Positions 13,273 through 26,911 of a stretch of DNA of 64,000 bases are shown one piece after another (positions within the stretch are counted from its first letter, which is position 1; each line of letters starts with the position of its first letter). The position numbers and the translations under genes are program-made. The DNA is from Ophelia neglecta (lineage: Eukaryota): assembly GCA_965285935.1 (NCBI GenBank), contig OZ260662.1:86490001-86554000 (forward strand). Reading direction: 5' to 3'. A model generated the notes under the pieces. It saw nothing but the letters and a program-made list of their open reading frames with translations. It was not told the DNA's origin and searched no databases.

Positions 13273-16200
13273 ACGAGAACGCTGACGTGACACTCATCGA
13301 GAGGACTGCTGGGTGACTGGTGGATGTGTTATAGGAACAGGCACATAGCACCCACTCGGGACCACTAAGGTGACACTCAGTGAGTAGTGTGGACCGACCA
13401 GGCTGGCATCAACCAATCGGGACCACAAGCGAGACACTCCGTGTGCAAGGTGCTGCGTGTGTGGCACAACCAGGCAGGCATCACCCAATCGGAACAACGT
13501 TCATAGCACTCACCGAGAAGAACGTTGGATGTGAGCTACGACGACACAACTATATATGACGTCACACTGTGTGGATGATTGATACGAAAATTCAGCGAAT
13601 ATTTTTGCCCAGATAAAAGGAGGTTAAGATGCTATCTTACAGCTTTAAAAACAATTGACGAGTTGCGTCAAAATTTCCAAGTTATAAGGTTACATATCAA
13701 CGCATACATAATATTTCATTAAAATAGTGTAATGCAACTAAACTGTCTCAAGCAGTTTCAGCCAATCATACGATGTAAGTGTATAAACTGGCTTGCATTA
13801 TATTGAATAATAATGAACCGTTAATTCCCATAATCTATTACTATAGGCTAAGCGGTATGATAGAGTAATCCGGGGTTAAACCAACAGATGATCAACTCTC
13901 ATTTTGGGTAGACATACGGCCAACCAGATTAAGAATGCCGTCACTATAAAAGTTCGAACTGTTTAGAACTGACAATTAATGTAAGGTTTTGTGATTCTTA
14001 AGGAATTTAAGAAAGGAAATATGCCCCACTCTTATCATCTACATTTTACTCGATGACCAAGATGCGCAACCAAGTGATCTGAGCCTTTATATCTGTGTAA
14101 GTCCCAGAAAGAACCTTTTTATGGGATTCGAATCATCATAAAAGTCACCAAAAATCCATCTCTTTGGTATCAACGGAGTTGTGGGCAACAAAGAGGGCTT
14201 GAAATCTCCTTATAAATCACTGGATAATGTCGCCTGAATAAATCCTTCTGCCAAGTATCACAAAGCCTGCGTTTATAGTCAGCATGCTGTAAATAGGCTA
14301 GAAAGCGCGGGAAGCAGACGAAAGATGGCCGACAGGAGCACTAATATGGTCTGCGTCCGCAACACCATGGCCAGTCAACGATAATCCAATGAACAATCAG
14401 AGATTGTTTACGACAAAGAATGGGTTTTACTGCAACTGCAGGAAAGCAGAATAATTGGCCTGTCAGCGCGTCCAAAACTTACCACTGGGCTGAACGTAAA
14501 AGCGCCGACCCACAATTTGAAAGTGTTCTGCCTTGTTGCTTATGGGAGAATATCAATCTCCAGGGTATACCGCCGTGACTTTCCGAACACATTTCTAGTG
14601 ATTTGGCTACAAATAATTTGCCCATTAACAGCCAAGGCAAAATTATACGGCAGTTGCGTTCAAGTTGTTTACGACTTCGACCCACCACGGCCAGTCGGTT
14701 AGTCGGTGATATAAATGTCCTATTAAGGTTAGCGAGCATGCGCGACCCACGTGATATAAGGGGACTTTTTCAAATACATCAAGTCTGGCGGCCGTTAAAC
14801 GGGTATTACCTGCAACCACACCAGCAACACCTTAGGTCTCTGTACAAACGTAAATTGAGTCCCCGAAAAATAAAGTGTCCTGTAGTATCTTTAGAAATAA
14901 GTTTCTGGGATAGAATATGGCCTACATACCCGTGGAAAATATTGCGCGCTTTTATGATGTTATCTGTCACTTGCCAATTGGACGATTTTTTAACGAAATA
15001 AATCCGTAAACGTACAAAATGCCATTTTCTCTAATGTCTGCCTTGTGTGGTTATGTATATTTTATAGGTTTTTCGCCTATTTCCGATTTTTATATCTTTC
15101 AAACAGAGAAAGGGCTAGACGTTAGCGGCACTGAGAGGAGTTTAATAAATTCATCTGAGAAACAAAACCAATTCGAAATAGAGGACGATATCACCGCGAT
15201 TTAGATGTAAGTTTTGAATTTTGGACCGTTATCAGTGACACGTGTTCCAAAATGGCAAGTAAACTTGCGGCAAGAATGCCCAGACTTTTAATTGTCTCAA
15301 TCACAAACCTATTGCTTTGCCCGCTCTGTCCGTTCTCTACAGAAATGCAAAGCAAGCAATGTATAAACAGAGAAAAACGAAATCCACGACCACATTAGAC
15401 AAGCTCTAAAAACAGTAGCCCAGATAAATGTAGGCTATAGTCCTTGGCCAAGTCACATTTTCATTGTTTCCTGCGATATATTGCGTCATTTCATTCAATT
15501 ATTTCATTTCATTGGCATTTCCTTCCCCTCTAGGGGCTCCCAAGTATTGTATAATAAACTGGGCAAGTGATACCCTCACTCTAGGTCTTTCGCAAGCATT
15601 AACAAACATCAGATCTCTTTAAATGTTTGTTGATTTAATAACATGCTAGCGTGGCCATGGATATCTGTCGTCGACGATTGAGCCTGCACGGAACTGTCCC
15701 AACATGACGGCTCTGTGCAGGTTGTACACTGTAATTGTATAATTATGTGGATGGACGAGGATTGTGTTATTTAAGTGGGTGTCCCACAACATGATGGTAG
15801 TGCTGACATTGTCCTTCCCTCTCTGTAATATACTCAGTGATCGCAAACCAGTGACATGACGAGCCACTGAGTAACCAACCATTCCTTGGGACTTATGCTA
15901 ATAAGGTTGAGGGTGGTGAGTTGGTACTCCCATCTACAGGTGCGTCTCGGGGGAATCTCCGCGTAAAACGTCATCACCTGTAGCGCCCCACAGGTGTTTA
16001 CATGATGGTGCCCATTTGTGAATATCCCTGAGCCTCTTAAACAGAAACCAGTAGGTTGTTCGACTTTTACAAAGTTACACCATAATAGTGATTTATTTGT
16101 TCGCAATCTACGTTCAATAGTAAACAGACATACTTTTCGGAATAAAATATTCACTGTTCACTAGTTACACATGACAAATGTATAACGTACGGTGTTTTTT

Positions 16201-17529
16201 CCTGCCTGCTCAAGTATGTCGACGGAACCATCAGGCTGGTAAACCTATTGTCATCTTATTGTATAGCAGGGAGACGGCAGCAGAGTGAATCCTTTCTTTA
16301 CACGTATACTGGCAGCCTACAAACTCATACGTGTGTACTGGTGGCTACACGAATATAAGCATCAGTTAAGTACAAGTTGTGCTACTAACCCCGCTAATAA
16401 TGTCTGACTGGTCTAAATGCAGTCTGTCAATTCAAGTTAAACGCTGTAATCCTCGGGCACTTAGGTGGTGGTCAATTACTATGTCAGGAGAGGGGGGGGG
16501 GGAGGCAAATCCTCTGTTGGGGGGGGGGGGCGGCAGATAATTTTAATTATATTTTGTGTCTTCCGGAAAAAACAAATGAACCTTAGCGATACAAATTCAC
16601 ACAAACTGAAAAACAAATAGCACATGTCTATAGTTTTTTGAATATTATTATTAATGGTGCACATATAAAAATGGCGGTTTACGGGGAAATTTGAATGATC
16701 TGATAAGAGGGGTAAAACAGAATTGGCGTGGTCTCCGACAGGGGGGGGGACATACTATTTCACCCGCACCGGAGCATGTATTTGCGCGACACAACCCCGA
16801 GGTCAATGGCCTATGTGTTGCACCAAAATCGCGTCTGTGATCAATTTCCTTTATGCCCGATCTACCTTATACGGCTCATCAACGCTCATAGGCCAATGAC
16901 CAATATAGACGTGTACGGTTACCATGATTTCGTCTGCAGTACTAAATGCTTTGTTCGCGCTCTTTATTGGAATAAAAGGGGCACTGCCTACAAGAGTTGC
17001 TGACAGCCGTTCTGAAGACTTCGTATTTGTATTATTACATAATATTGGCCGCCTTCCGACGATCTTCGGATATTTCATTTTACTGTGTATATACGCTGGT
17101 AAAATCTATAGGCGGGGACATTCCATGAAAGCTTATGTTGTCTAAAGAAACTCCCACGTAGACTAAAATCCAGAGGACAGCTGCTGACAATGTTTTGTTT
17201 CCCAGTTTATGTATATCTGATCCTTCTTTTATCTGGATCATCATCCTGCAACAAGCCGGATCAACCACAATTTGCATACACCAGAAAGTACCGAAAAAAA
17301 AGAGTTTTCCGCCGCCAACACCTTACGATCTTCAGCATATGACTAATAACTATTCAATAACATTGTGATGCGGCAATATGTTCTGACTGTTGAAACTATA
17401 TGAAATACAACTTTAATGTACTGTTTTCAAATGATCAGCTTTCAAGATAAAATGTCAGACGTTTACCACAGCACCTCTGTTTCATTGCCTGATGCATAAA
17501 CTGATTGGAGTTTGGTGTCAGGATTTGCC

Positions 17530-17727
17530 AAGCCCAATTCACTTCCTCACCGAAGCTCCTTCAAGCAGGCGTTAGGGTGTAATAAAAAGCCAGGCACACG
17601 TGGCTAGAATGTCTCGGTATACTCTCCGACCGATATAGGCTTCCGATATGGGAAGGAAGAATGTGAGAAGCGAGTTGGTCAAATAGACTGGATTAGGACT
17701 GGAGGCGTCCTAAAAAACACCATTTTA
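17530..17727 (+). mobile_element. Possible degenerate SINE 3' half with L2-like tail
   Basis: ...gtatactctcc...gtgagaagcg...gactggattaggactggaggcgtcctaaaaaacaccatttt resembles the core/tail organisation of L2-mobilised invertebrate SINEs; no head recognised. Confidence 0.3.
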
Positions 17728-20700
17728 GACCTATAGTTGGCATAAGAAAAAATAGGAAACCTCTATCGGTGCAAGGCAAGCAAATGCCGGGTACACTTCT
17801 ACTGAGAGTACGGTCCTTCAACCTAAATGTGGCTTGGATTTTTCGACATTCAAGACACCTCACAATTGCTATTCATGTGGTATTCGAATGCCTAACGAAA
17901 ATCCGGAAAAACTGTCCTTTCAAGGCAAAATTAGAGAGACAAAAGTGTGTTTGATCGAAATCTTCTAGACCCCCTCCACCAATTTGCCCCCCCCCCCCAG
18001 TTATTAAATGATGCATCCCCAGCAGGAAAGCAAGATGATTCGTGGCAAAAGACGGTGCCATAGGCATCGTTACTCACAAGCTTGCTCTAATTTCTCGACG
18101 TCAACCCAACCAGAGTTTTATGGTTTAAATATATCAAAATGGCGTGGAGCTCTGTCGACTGATAGTGCCATCAAGCGGGGTTAACTTGTCGTATCTTATG
18201 ATGTTAATTCGGAGAGATCAGAGAGCCGAGGCCATCAAAGACAAGTGAAAACCACAGGATAGTCTGGATAATTGACCCGGAGGGAGCCCACTGGCGACGT
18301 TGGCCAAACCCAATGAATCCGCTGTTTTATGCGAGGTGAATTAGGACCCAGTGGATGCCGACAGTTTTCTGCAAGTATCAGTGAGAGCAAAATGCTAAAT
18401 CGTTACAATAAAATAGCTAACATTTCCCTAGATTTATCACCCTAAAATGTGCCACCGGAAACCTTTTAACTGCTTTTCCTTCAGCTACTCTTGTTTACAG
18501 TAAGTAGTCTGTTTTTGTTTCCAGTGTGATAAGAAGCCCTCCCTACATTGAAAACACGTCCGCATGATCTGGTAAACAAGCATATTCACCTTTGTGTCTG
18601 AAGTGATGTAAAATATAGGTTCATTAAGGTAAAAGAAAATATATTACGCTCAAACAGAAAAGATAAATATCAGTGTGCAAAAAATTACCGCCGTGAAACA
18701 CCGAATAATGCTCTCGTTTGCGAACGGGTGTGCCTAAAACGGTGACAAAACTATTATAGTCTATGCCGATTTTTATCACAGACTATCAGAGATAAGCTCT
18801 GCCTGTGATAGTCGGAGGCAGCACGGCCATACCTAGTGTTGCTTGCCAACGTGCAAAGAATTCTCGGAGCTGCTTCTGCATTGTTCCTATTAGATGTTCT
18901 CATTACAAATTACGTACAACTGTAACCTTACTACTACTTATTACGTTGACTATAGGCACCGGTTCAATGCATATTTGTGGTGTAGCATTCAGCAATATGG
19001 TTGTGTTCACAAAGTAAGGCCTAGTAATATTACATATGATTAGTGTTTGTTTTAGGCGCATTTCTTGGAGATTGACAAAGGATTCACCTAGGCTTGCTTT
19101 ATTTGGTTAACAGTTTGTGTTGGGCGCCAATTCTTTCTGGGATTACTTTATAGGGGGTCGTCGTTTACTATGGGGGCAAATCCTCGGTGTGGGGGGGATG
19201 GGGGTCAAAGAACTGTGTCACCATCAGATGGGGGGGGGGGGGTCACAAATTTTGAAAACCTCCTTAGAGGATTGGGTTAAAACCAAAGCACATATCAAAA
19301 TTGATTTCTTTTTCATAAATGTGTTTCGCTTCGCGCAATATTATTAATTCATTTTCATTCCATGTAACATATTATATTGAACTTTGAAAATGCCAATAAT
19401 ATTTGTACTTGAGCCGTGCCTATAGGCTGAAGTCCATTTGATTTACAAGGGGAGTTTTTATCTATATATATTGAACAAAAAACTGATTTGAAAATGCAAA
19501 CGCAAAAGAAAGCTAGGGGAACAGGTGGACTTTGATCAAGCGCTTGATCTGCTGAGCCAGTCAAGCCAGGGACCAAGTCATTTAACTGTGGTACCTCCAA
19601 CCACTGACCATAAACAAGCCACGGGGTCATACATCTGACTGAGTTAGACTCTTGATGCCTGCTTATGTTTTTATGCCCAGCTGGATGTTGCTTTTTTACG
19701 TACCACGATGTGACAGAATCAAGGTTACATCGAAAGTACGGCAACAACACTCAATTTTGTATACCCTGAAGTTTCGTGATGCTGACACCGGGCCTTTTTT
19801 TATTGTGATCCTTGGTGACGAAAAAATGACACCACTTTTCCCCAAGACCTGACATTACGTACCTGGCTATAGCAAATCATTGCCTGAACTATAAGCAACA
19901 AGGGCTATAATATGACAAGATGCCTAATTGACTTTGTGCACGCCAGAATTACATGCCTAACATTCGCCCTTTAGATGGATTGCTCATCCAAATTTATGTT
20001 TTGTACAAGTTCATACCATTACTAAAGTTCATTTCAATCTGAGCATTTGTTTCTTGCTCCATGAGCCTGCCTCATCCGTGGAGACATTCCGTGGATGTCT
20101 CCACGGGTCACTGCTAGTAGGACTATGATTATCTGATATTTCCTTCAAGGAGTTACGTGAGTTGGCGAAATATTTTTGGGGCTGTCGCAACTTGGCCAAT
20201 GACTTCCTGACCTCTGGCCTTTACAATTTGCTGGTGTTTAATAGGAACGCTATTTATATAAGTGATTTATTTGGAAGGAAATTTGGCCAGTTTTAGTACT
20301 CAATGCTTTTCTTTTCTCCATCGAACTCTACGAACGCGGGCCTATTTCCAGTAAACCCAGCTTGTATAGATCAGATTAAGTTGGATTATTCTGCAAAATA
20401 AATTTAGCCATTTTTTCAGGCACACTTATACGTTCTCGGTGGTTTCTGCTATATTGAGTACAAGCTCGATTGTTTGTACAAGTTATTTGTACGAATCGAG
20501 AGCAGCTCACACATTTAGGCAGTGTGTCATTCGACTCCATTAAGCCTTGATTCCCATCATTCGAAAAGGTCAAAATCAGCAACGAGGGCAATAAAACCCC
20601 TGAAACAGAGTAGCTTACCGGAGAGAAATATCCAGAATGCGCCATATATACATATTTAACCAAAATATCACGCTGTGTCTATCATGAATCGTATGAATTA

Positions 20701-22849
20701 TTTTGGTATTGAGAAGCCCTCACTGGATGGCTAAAACCGATAAAGTAGGATTTAAATTCAGGTGACGAGATATTCAATTTGGCATATACTTATTTAGATA
20801 CGACAGAATGTAATAAACACATCCACACTAGGCTATCAGACACAGGTAAATTAAATATTAACAGTGACGCCTAGAAATAAATTTCAGATCATTTCTTTGC
20901 GGGGACTGATGTATTTGACTTATGACCAGTTGTGTACAAGATTCGACACTTCAGGATATTACAAAACTACTAATTATAGTACATAACTATGTGTCGACAC
21001 AAATACTTCTCTATCAAGAAAGCGTCAGGTTTCTATAATTATTTTCAGATCTTCTGTCTAACTGGTTGTATAAAGAGATTTTATAAGAGTCGTCAGCACT
21101 CCACTAGCACCAATACCTTCAGAAAACCAGATCCTCCTACCTATGTACCATCAGCGCCCAACAGCAGCATGCTCTTTACAGTATTGACCATTTAACTGTG
21201 TAAAGAAAAGACGTCTCGAGCTAGAGGATTAAATGGGCTGACCGGCACTTTTTGAAAATCTCCCACGACGCCCAGCAGCACCAAAACCAGAATAATGGCA
21301 TGCTGCCTCAATAAATCGATCCTACGAGATTGTGTGGTTCACCGCCAGGGCAGTGAGTGTAGGAACTTCCCACCCAATTCACCAGCCAAGGGTAACGAAC
21401 AACACTTTTTAAAGACACAACGTTTGGTGTGCATAGGCCTATCATATGTTGGCATGTTTGTACGTTAAGGCTTAGGATTATTTCCTTAGGCAGTAGGCCT
21501 ACCAACGCAAGAGCTGGTCAATTTTTGTTTATAAGTCAGCCATACGTTTCATTTAATCTTCATTTATTAATCTTACGGAAACCGCCGAATGCATTCAAGA
21601 GCATATAGCTTTCATTGACATAGCGCACTGTGTTCTGCCCGACATTCTTTAGGCCTATGGTAGTCTAGAGTATTATAATATTTCAGTTTTGACCACGCTT
21701 CGGTGCAATTTAGCGCCAAGATGAGAGATTTAATCTCATTCTCAACGTTAGAATGTTCATGACAGCGGATTTAACTGGAGTCGCATGTACTGTCAAGGAA
21801 AGCGATCAACTTTTTAAACCGGAAGTAGAAGAGTGATTAATCGGAAACTAGTTTCTTTTGCATTGAGGGTGGTTGTGCTTCTGGATGGCCTCAGTAATAA
21901 CCCTTGGGGACTGGGATCAGCCTCCCAAGAGGAGATAATTAAAGAGGCATTTGCTACAAGGGCGGTTTGAGGAGAAAGGACAGGGACTTATGGCGACCAT
22001 TAGCATCTAATTGCCTACAGAACGCAGTTGAACATAACTATATTTACGACGTATAAAGCCTTATCTATATGCCGCTCGGCCACAAATGTCATTTAAATAT
22101 CTGTTGAGAACGCAGTTTCAGGAAAAAGGTAAGGTAAGTCTTTAAGCAAAAAGTGGTTACTAAAGATATGATCTGAAATTGGCCTATATCGTACAGCTTT
22201 AGCTTTTACATATACTGCAAGGCCTAGCAGTGCAGTTAACTTTTCATTAAAATAATATAACTATAATGTTTTAGTTTAAAATACGATAAAATACCGGATA
22301 CTTTAACCATATACATTTTTTAAGTATTAATATTTGAACCGATAATTGTACTGTTTGTTATTTTAACGTTGTTATTTTATCGGGATCCGTCCTCAATGTC
22401 GGTTCAACGAAGCTTTCACGGGTAAACCATAAGGCAGATATGATGAAAGTTCTACATCGGGATGAGCTGACTATTAAAAATCACCTAAGCGATGTGCTTA
22501 ATGTATTTGTTTGTACATTATCAATATTCCTATCCAGTCGCAAGTTTAGCCGATCGCTAGGCCCCTCGCTCTTTGAGAAGCGATTATACATTCTACATAC
22601 CAATTGCTATACCGTTCCGTGAAGCCATTTCAAGAATAATGTGTTGTTCTAGGGGTAAATCGGGAAGAGGGTGGGGTGGGTTGTCCGAACTCTTATGCCT
22701 TACTCTAGTTGCCGTATACATGTACACATGTTAATTGCCCGCCCTCGCAGCAAATACGGTTCGTTTATTTGTATGTTTATGCGCGCATGTTGTGCTTAAC
22801 ATCTCAAAAACTATTCGGTTTTATTTGGGACTAATAAAATGGTGTTATT

Positions 22850-23520
22850 AGTCCCAGGTTTTATCGAGACGCGGTTTAGAGGAGAGAAATCTATAATTGT
22901 TATTGGAGGGTTTGGTCATTGCTGGTTGGGAATGACGATTGAACAAATTCGGCAGCCGAATATCGTCATGGTGGGAGTACGTTTATTGTCAAGGGTGTCA
23001 TCATATCGCCATTGCTTCAGAAAAAGCTGCACTACTGTCTACCAGGGTCACCCATGATCGTGATTGTCTTTCCAATGGCAACACGAATGTAGTATTTGTT
23101 GTTTGGAACGAATGGAAACTTCTAAAACAAGCACAAGATACAAGAATAAAAACCAGCAAATAAATGATCATTCAAAATCGACTATACCAACTTCCGGACT
23201 TGAAAGTTTGTCTGATTCACATTCGCCGAATCCAAGATACCCCAAACTAGTAGATTATGCGCCTATAATACTTGATATTTTCGAAATTCCTCGTTCTGCC
23301 ATCACTGCGCAGCCTGGCTGCGCAGCTTCTTGAAAATGTTTGTTGTTTGATAGACCACGCAGTTCTATGCCATAATAATAAGAAATATAATCTGGTAGAC
23401 AAACAGAGAATACCTTGGAAATATATGAGTTATAAACGTAGTCGTCCCATCTGGACGTTACGGAGGCTAACATGAGACTTGTATTCTGCATAGCATTCAT
23501 AATAGGCGATCCTCAACTAA
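22850..23520. mobile_element. Probable ISL2EU/PIF-Harbinger DNA transposon relic (transposase on -, YqaJ-like nuclease on +, convergent)
   Basis: Minus ORF 23255-23500 has YISKVF...QPGCAVMAERG.SKI, resembling DDE_Tnp_4 'FISK...PGD.VMADRGF.I', followed by KLSSPEV (cf. QLS..EV). The plus strand has H.WLG (~22917-22930) and C..FVVW (~23085-23106), resembling YqaJ 'WLGASPDG...CDFVVW'. Highly decayed. Confidence 0.45.
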
Positions 23521-26500
23521 CCGGACATAAAATAATTAACACTATTTAAAATGTATTTGGATATAGGACTATAGGCCTGAGACGTAGATGTCTATGTATA
23601 GACCTACTACAAACAGGCCAACGCAACTTGTCATAGTGGTTTGATTCTGGTAAAATCAGCGCCGCCGTCGGACAGCCACCAGCGCCTCCAAGCGACTGAA
23701 AAGCTACTGAGGTACTGACTACTTGGACACTGATAATTACTCAATTCGTCGTGTAGCCCTTTATCGTCACCAAGTGTGTCCGCTAATGGTTGATTTGCCA
23801 TTTGTTACTTTTAAATTGCCCTGTGTTATTCGATGTGGTTTCTATAAATTAATGTTCACTGAAATATTAAACTTCTACCATGATTTAAATGTTGCTTCCG
23901 CACCCTTTCGTTGCCGGATAAGGTAAGAATAGATCAGTTAAATTGTTGACGATATTGGAACCCCCAGGACGATATTATGGGAAAACCGCTTTTCAGGGTT
24001 GTTTATATGGCCCATTATATTCGGGCGAAGCCAAACAGGCGCGAAACCCCTGCGATCGTACCTCGCTCTATAATACATAACACGTATTTAGTAGGCTTAC
24101 GTAAAAACTAAAAAACTGAATGGGTACTGAACGAATGTGAGTCCAATACTTTGAAAGTCTGTTTCTTCTGTTGATAGTTGTCGTAGTCGAAGTAGATTTT
24201 ATGATAAGCGCAGAGCTACTTTGTTACACATCCGCTAGTGTCGTATTCTCTGTTTTTTCCTTTCAGGGACCAAAATGTGGCATCGTTAGTGCGTAAAATG
24301 TTTTTTCTGTATTGGAAATAAATCATAACACATTTCACAACTACCAATTTGCTTCAGACTAGCAGCACCGTATAGAAACGCATGACCCTCACCTATAAGT
24401 AGCGATAATCAATATACCCGCCGACCCGTTGACTTCAAAAAATCATTTTTCCACAAGTACTTTTTCTTATAACATTTGACACATAGTATACATGTGCTTA
24501 TACCTCTAGCCACCCCCAACGCGCCCCCTAACCCCTACAAGAGACCGTTTAGCTCAAAAAAATGAAAAATTGTCTGAAATGGCAAGAAAGCCAACAAAAA
24601 CTAAAGCCTCTCCCCTGCTACCACCTCTTCCTCCCCTTCCACCCTCAAACCGCTTACGATCTCAAGAAACGCAAAGAAGTTAGTTTAAAACTTTTTTGTA
24701 CACCCCCCTCTCTCAAACCCTTTCTTTCTCTTACCCCTACCACTTTTACGGTCCCTCCACTTAAAATAACAAGAAATGCACAGAAATAGAATTCAAACTT
24801 TTCTTTGCACACCTAAAACACCTCTCTCTCCCCCCCCCCCCCCCGCCCCCCGCCATATTAGCAAGACTCGCCTGACTCGGGTCAAATCACTGCCTGTTAA
24901 TAGGACAGGTCAGGATTTACAATCCTATATAACCTAATAGTATTGTACCGACTTCATCATCTCATTGGTCAACTTCAAAGGCATCCCAGACGACATTCAA
25001 ACGCCAGACGACTTTCCAGAAGGATTAGCGTAATCAAATTGAGTAACCCAGTTGGGGTTAACTAAAAAGCGAACGTGGTCAAATCGGCAAAATATAACTT
25101 CATTATCATGCAACTCATCTCATTGATATAAGCTTCTTAACCCCGCACCCTACTTTACTGTATTCCCTACTGATAATATGATAATTAAATAATATGAAAT
25201 CTGCTTTACAAGTGAGTTACCAGGAGTGCATTTCATGACCAGTGCTAAAACATTTAAAAGCATCTCAGCCACAACCAATTTAATATGTGTCTAAATGTAC
25301 AACTACCTTTAGTTGATTTTAGCACTTTTCATGCATGGCTATATGGATGATGCAATCTTCCAAGGTTCTTGTAAAACACCACAGTCTAAGTAGGACTAAG
25401 CTCATTGTTGATTAAGCTTACTGGATATAATGGTCCGTGAAGGAAGGCAGACGAGTAAACAGGTGGTAAAGAGAGTGGGAGGGGGGGGGGTAAAGCCGGG
25501 GGGGGGTAGGGTGAGGGTGGAGTTTTCTTCATTTTCATGTTTTAGTTTTTGTAGTAAAAATGAAAACTAATTGGGGGGGGGGGGGTGTTGGTGTATATTT
25601 TTTTTTTTGGGGGGGGGGGGGGCAACCAACAAGTTGCTATTTTTTTGTTCTCTTGCCATTTCTGGCAATTTCAAATTTAAGTTAGAATTCACAAACAAAA
25701 TGTCATTTTTTGTCATATCTGTTGCCTATAAACCTCCGCGGCCAAATTAGTCTAACGCTCATTTCTTATTAAGTTTACCATCTTTACTTATTTTCATTAC
25801 TTGATATAAATGAAACATTTTACTTGTTTCACTAAAAATGTCACGCACCTTCGTTTCTTGGCGCGAGAACTGGGGAGTTTTCAATTTAGGCGAAGAAATT
25901 AACATCTACGATATAAGGGCTCCACACTTTAGATATCTGCCGAATTTCTCTGGATGTCCAGAGTCATAGATGATACACGAGGAGCGATAGCCCCGAGCAC
26001 ACCTCGCAGCTCCCACATTCCAGTCAGACTGCGCAATTGTGGCCTTTATCAGATTTAATCCACTAGTTCAACATACCACAGTCATTAGAAATAAAAGATA
26101 GATTTTTGTGGAAGAAAATAGTCTGGAATTAAGTCGGCTGATCTCTTGCCAGAAGTGTCCTCAAAATAAAGGAAGACCTCAACATGTTGACATTTTTTTA
26201 AAAATCTGGCTTGAGGCCCACAGAAAATCTCGGTAAATATGGCAAAAAGTCCACCGTTTAAAGCTGCTAGTTTATGACAGGTTACGTGTCGCTCAGAACA
26301 CAGCCGGGGTAGGCTGGCTCAATGAGGCTCTCAATGGACACAACTGTTCACTTCAGTAACAGGCACATATAGGCTACAACATGGCATGGTCTCAGCCAAT
26401 CAGATGCATGGCGTGTACTTATTTATTTATTGATTACTTACATTTATAAAGCACCAACATCCAAGCCCCAAGGAAATCAAATGAAACAGTGTGGAAATAA

Positions 26501-26911
26501 ATGACCTGCTAGGGAAATGTTAATGGCATGATTTACATAAGGTTAAAAGCCACATTAGAAGATGAGTCTCTTGTTTATTTTTAAAAACACCGGGAGTAGT
26601 GAACATTCGAAGATCTGCAGGCAAGGTATTTCGGATTTCGAGACCGCACACGCCAAATGTACGGTGTCTATAGTTGACCAGTCTTGTACGCGGGACCCAG
26701 AGCAGCGAGGGTTCGGCAGAGGAGCGCAAACTCCTTCCATGACTAGGTCTCACAAGTAACCCCTGGAGACAACCCGGGGCCATGTCATTCACTGAAGCAT
26801 TTGAAAACCAGTAGAGCCACTTTGTAGTCCACTCTCTGAGTAATTGGCAACCAGTGGCGTGTCACGAGAGAGGGGGTGATATGATCACGCCTGCCGACTC
26901 CTGTGATAAGG

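Larger units (their letters stand above)
11815..13545. repeat. ~70-72-bp minisatellite array, interrupted by two LINE insertions
   Basis: Unit ~CAGGACCACTGATATGACACTCAGTGAGAGGACTGCTGGGTGTGTGGTACGACCAGGCAGGGATCATACAAT. The GGACCACTG anchor occurs at 11910, 11982, 12052, 12121, 12193 and resumes at ~12444 and ~13275. It explains the spurious ORFs at 11659-12305. Confidence 0.92.

Noticed and set aside
18805-19017. ORF starting IVGG (serine-protease-like)
   Set aside because: No following P..PW/CGG/TAAHC motifs; chance match.
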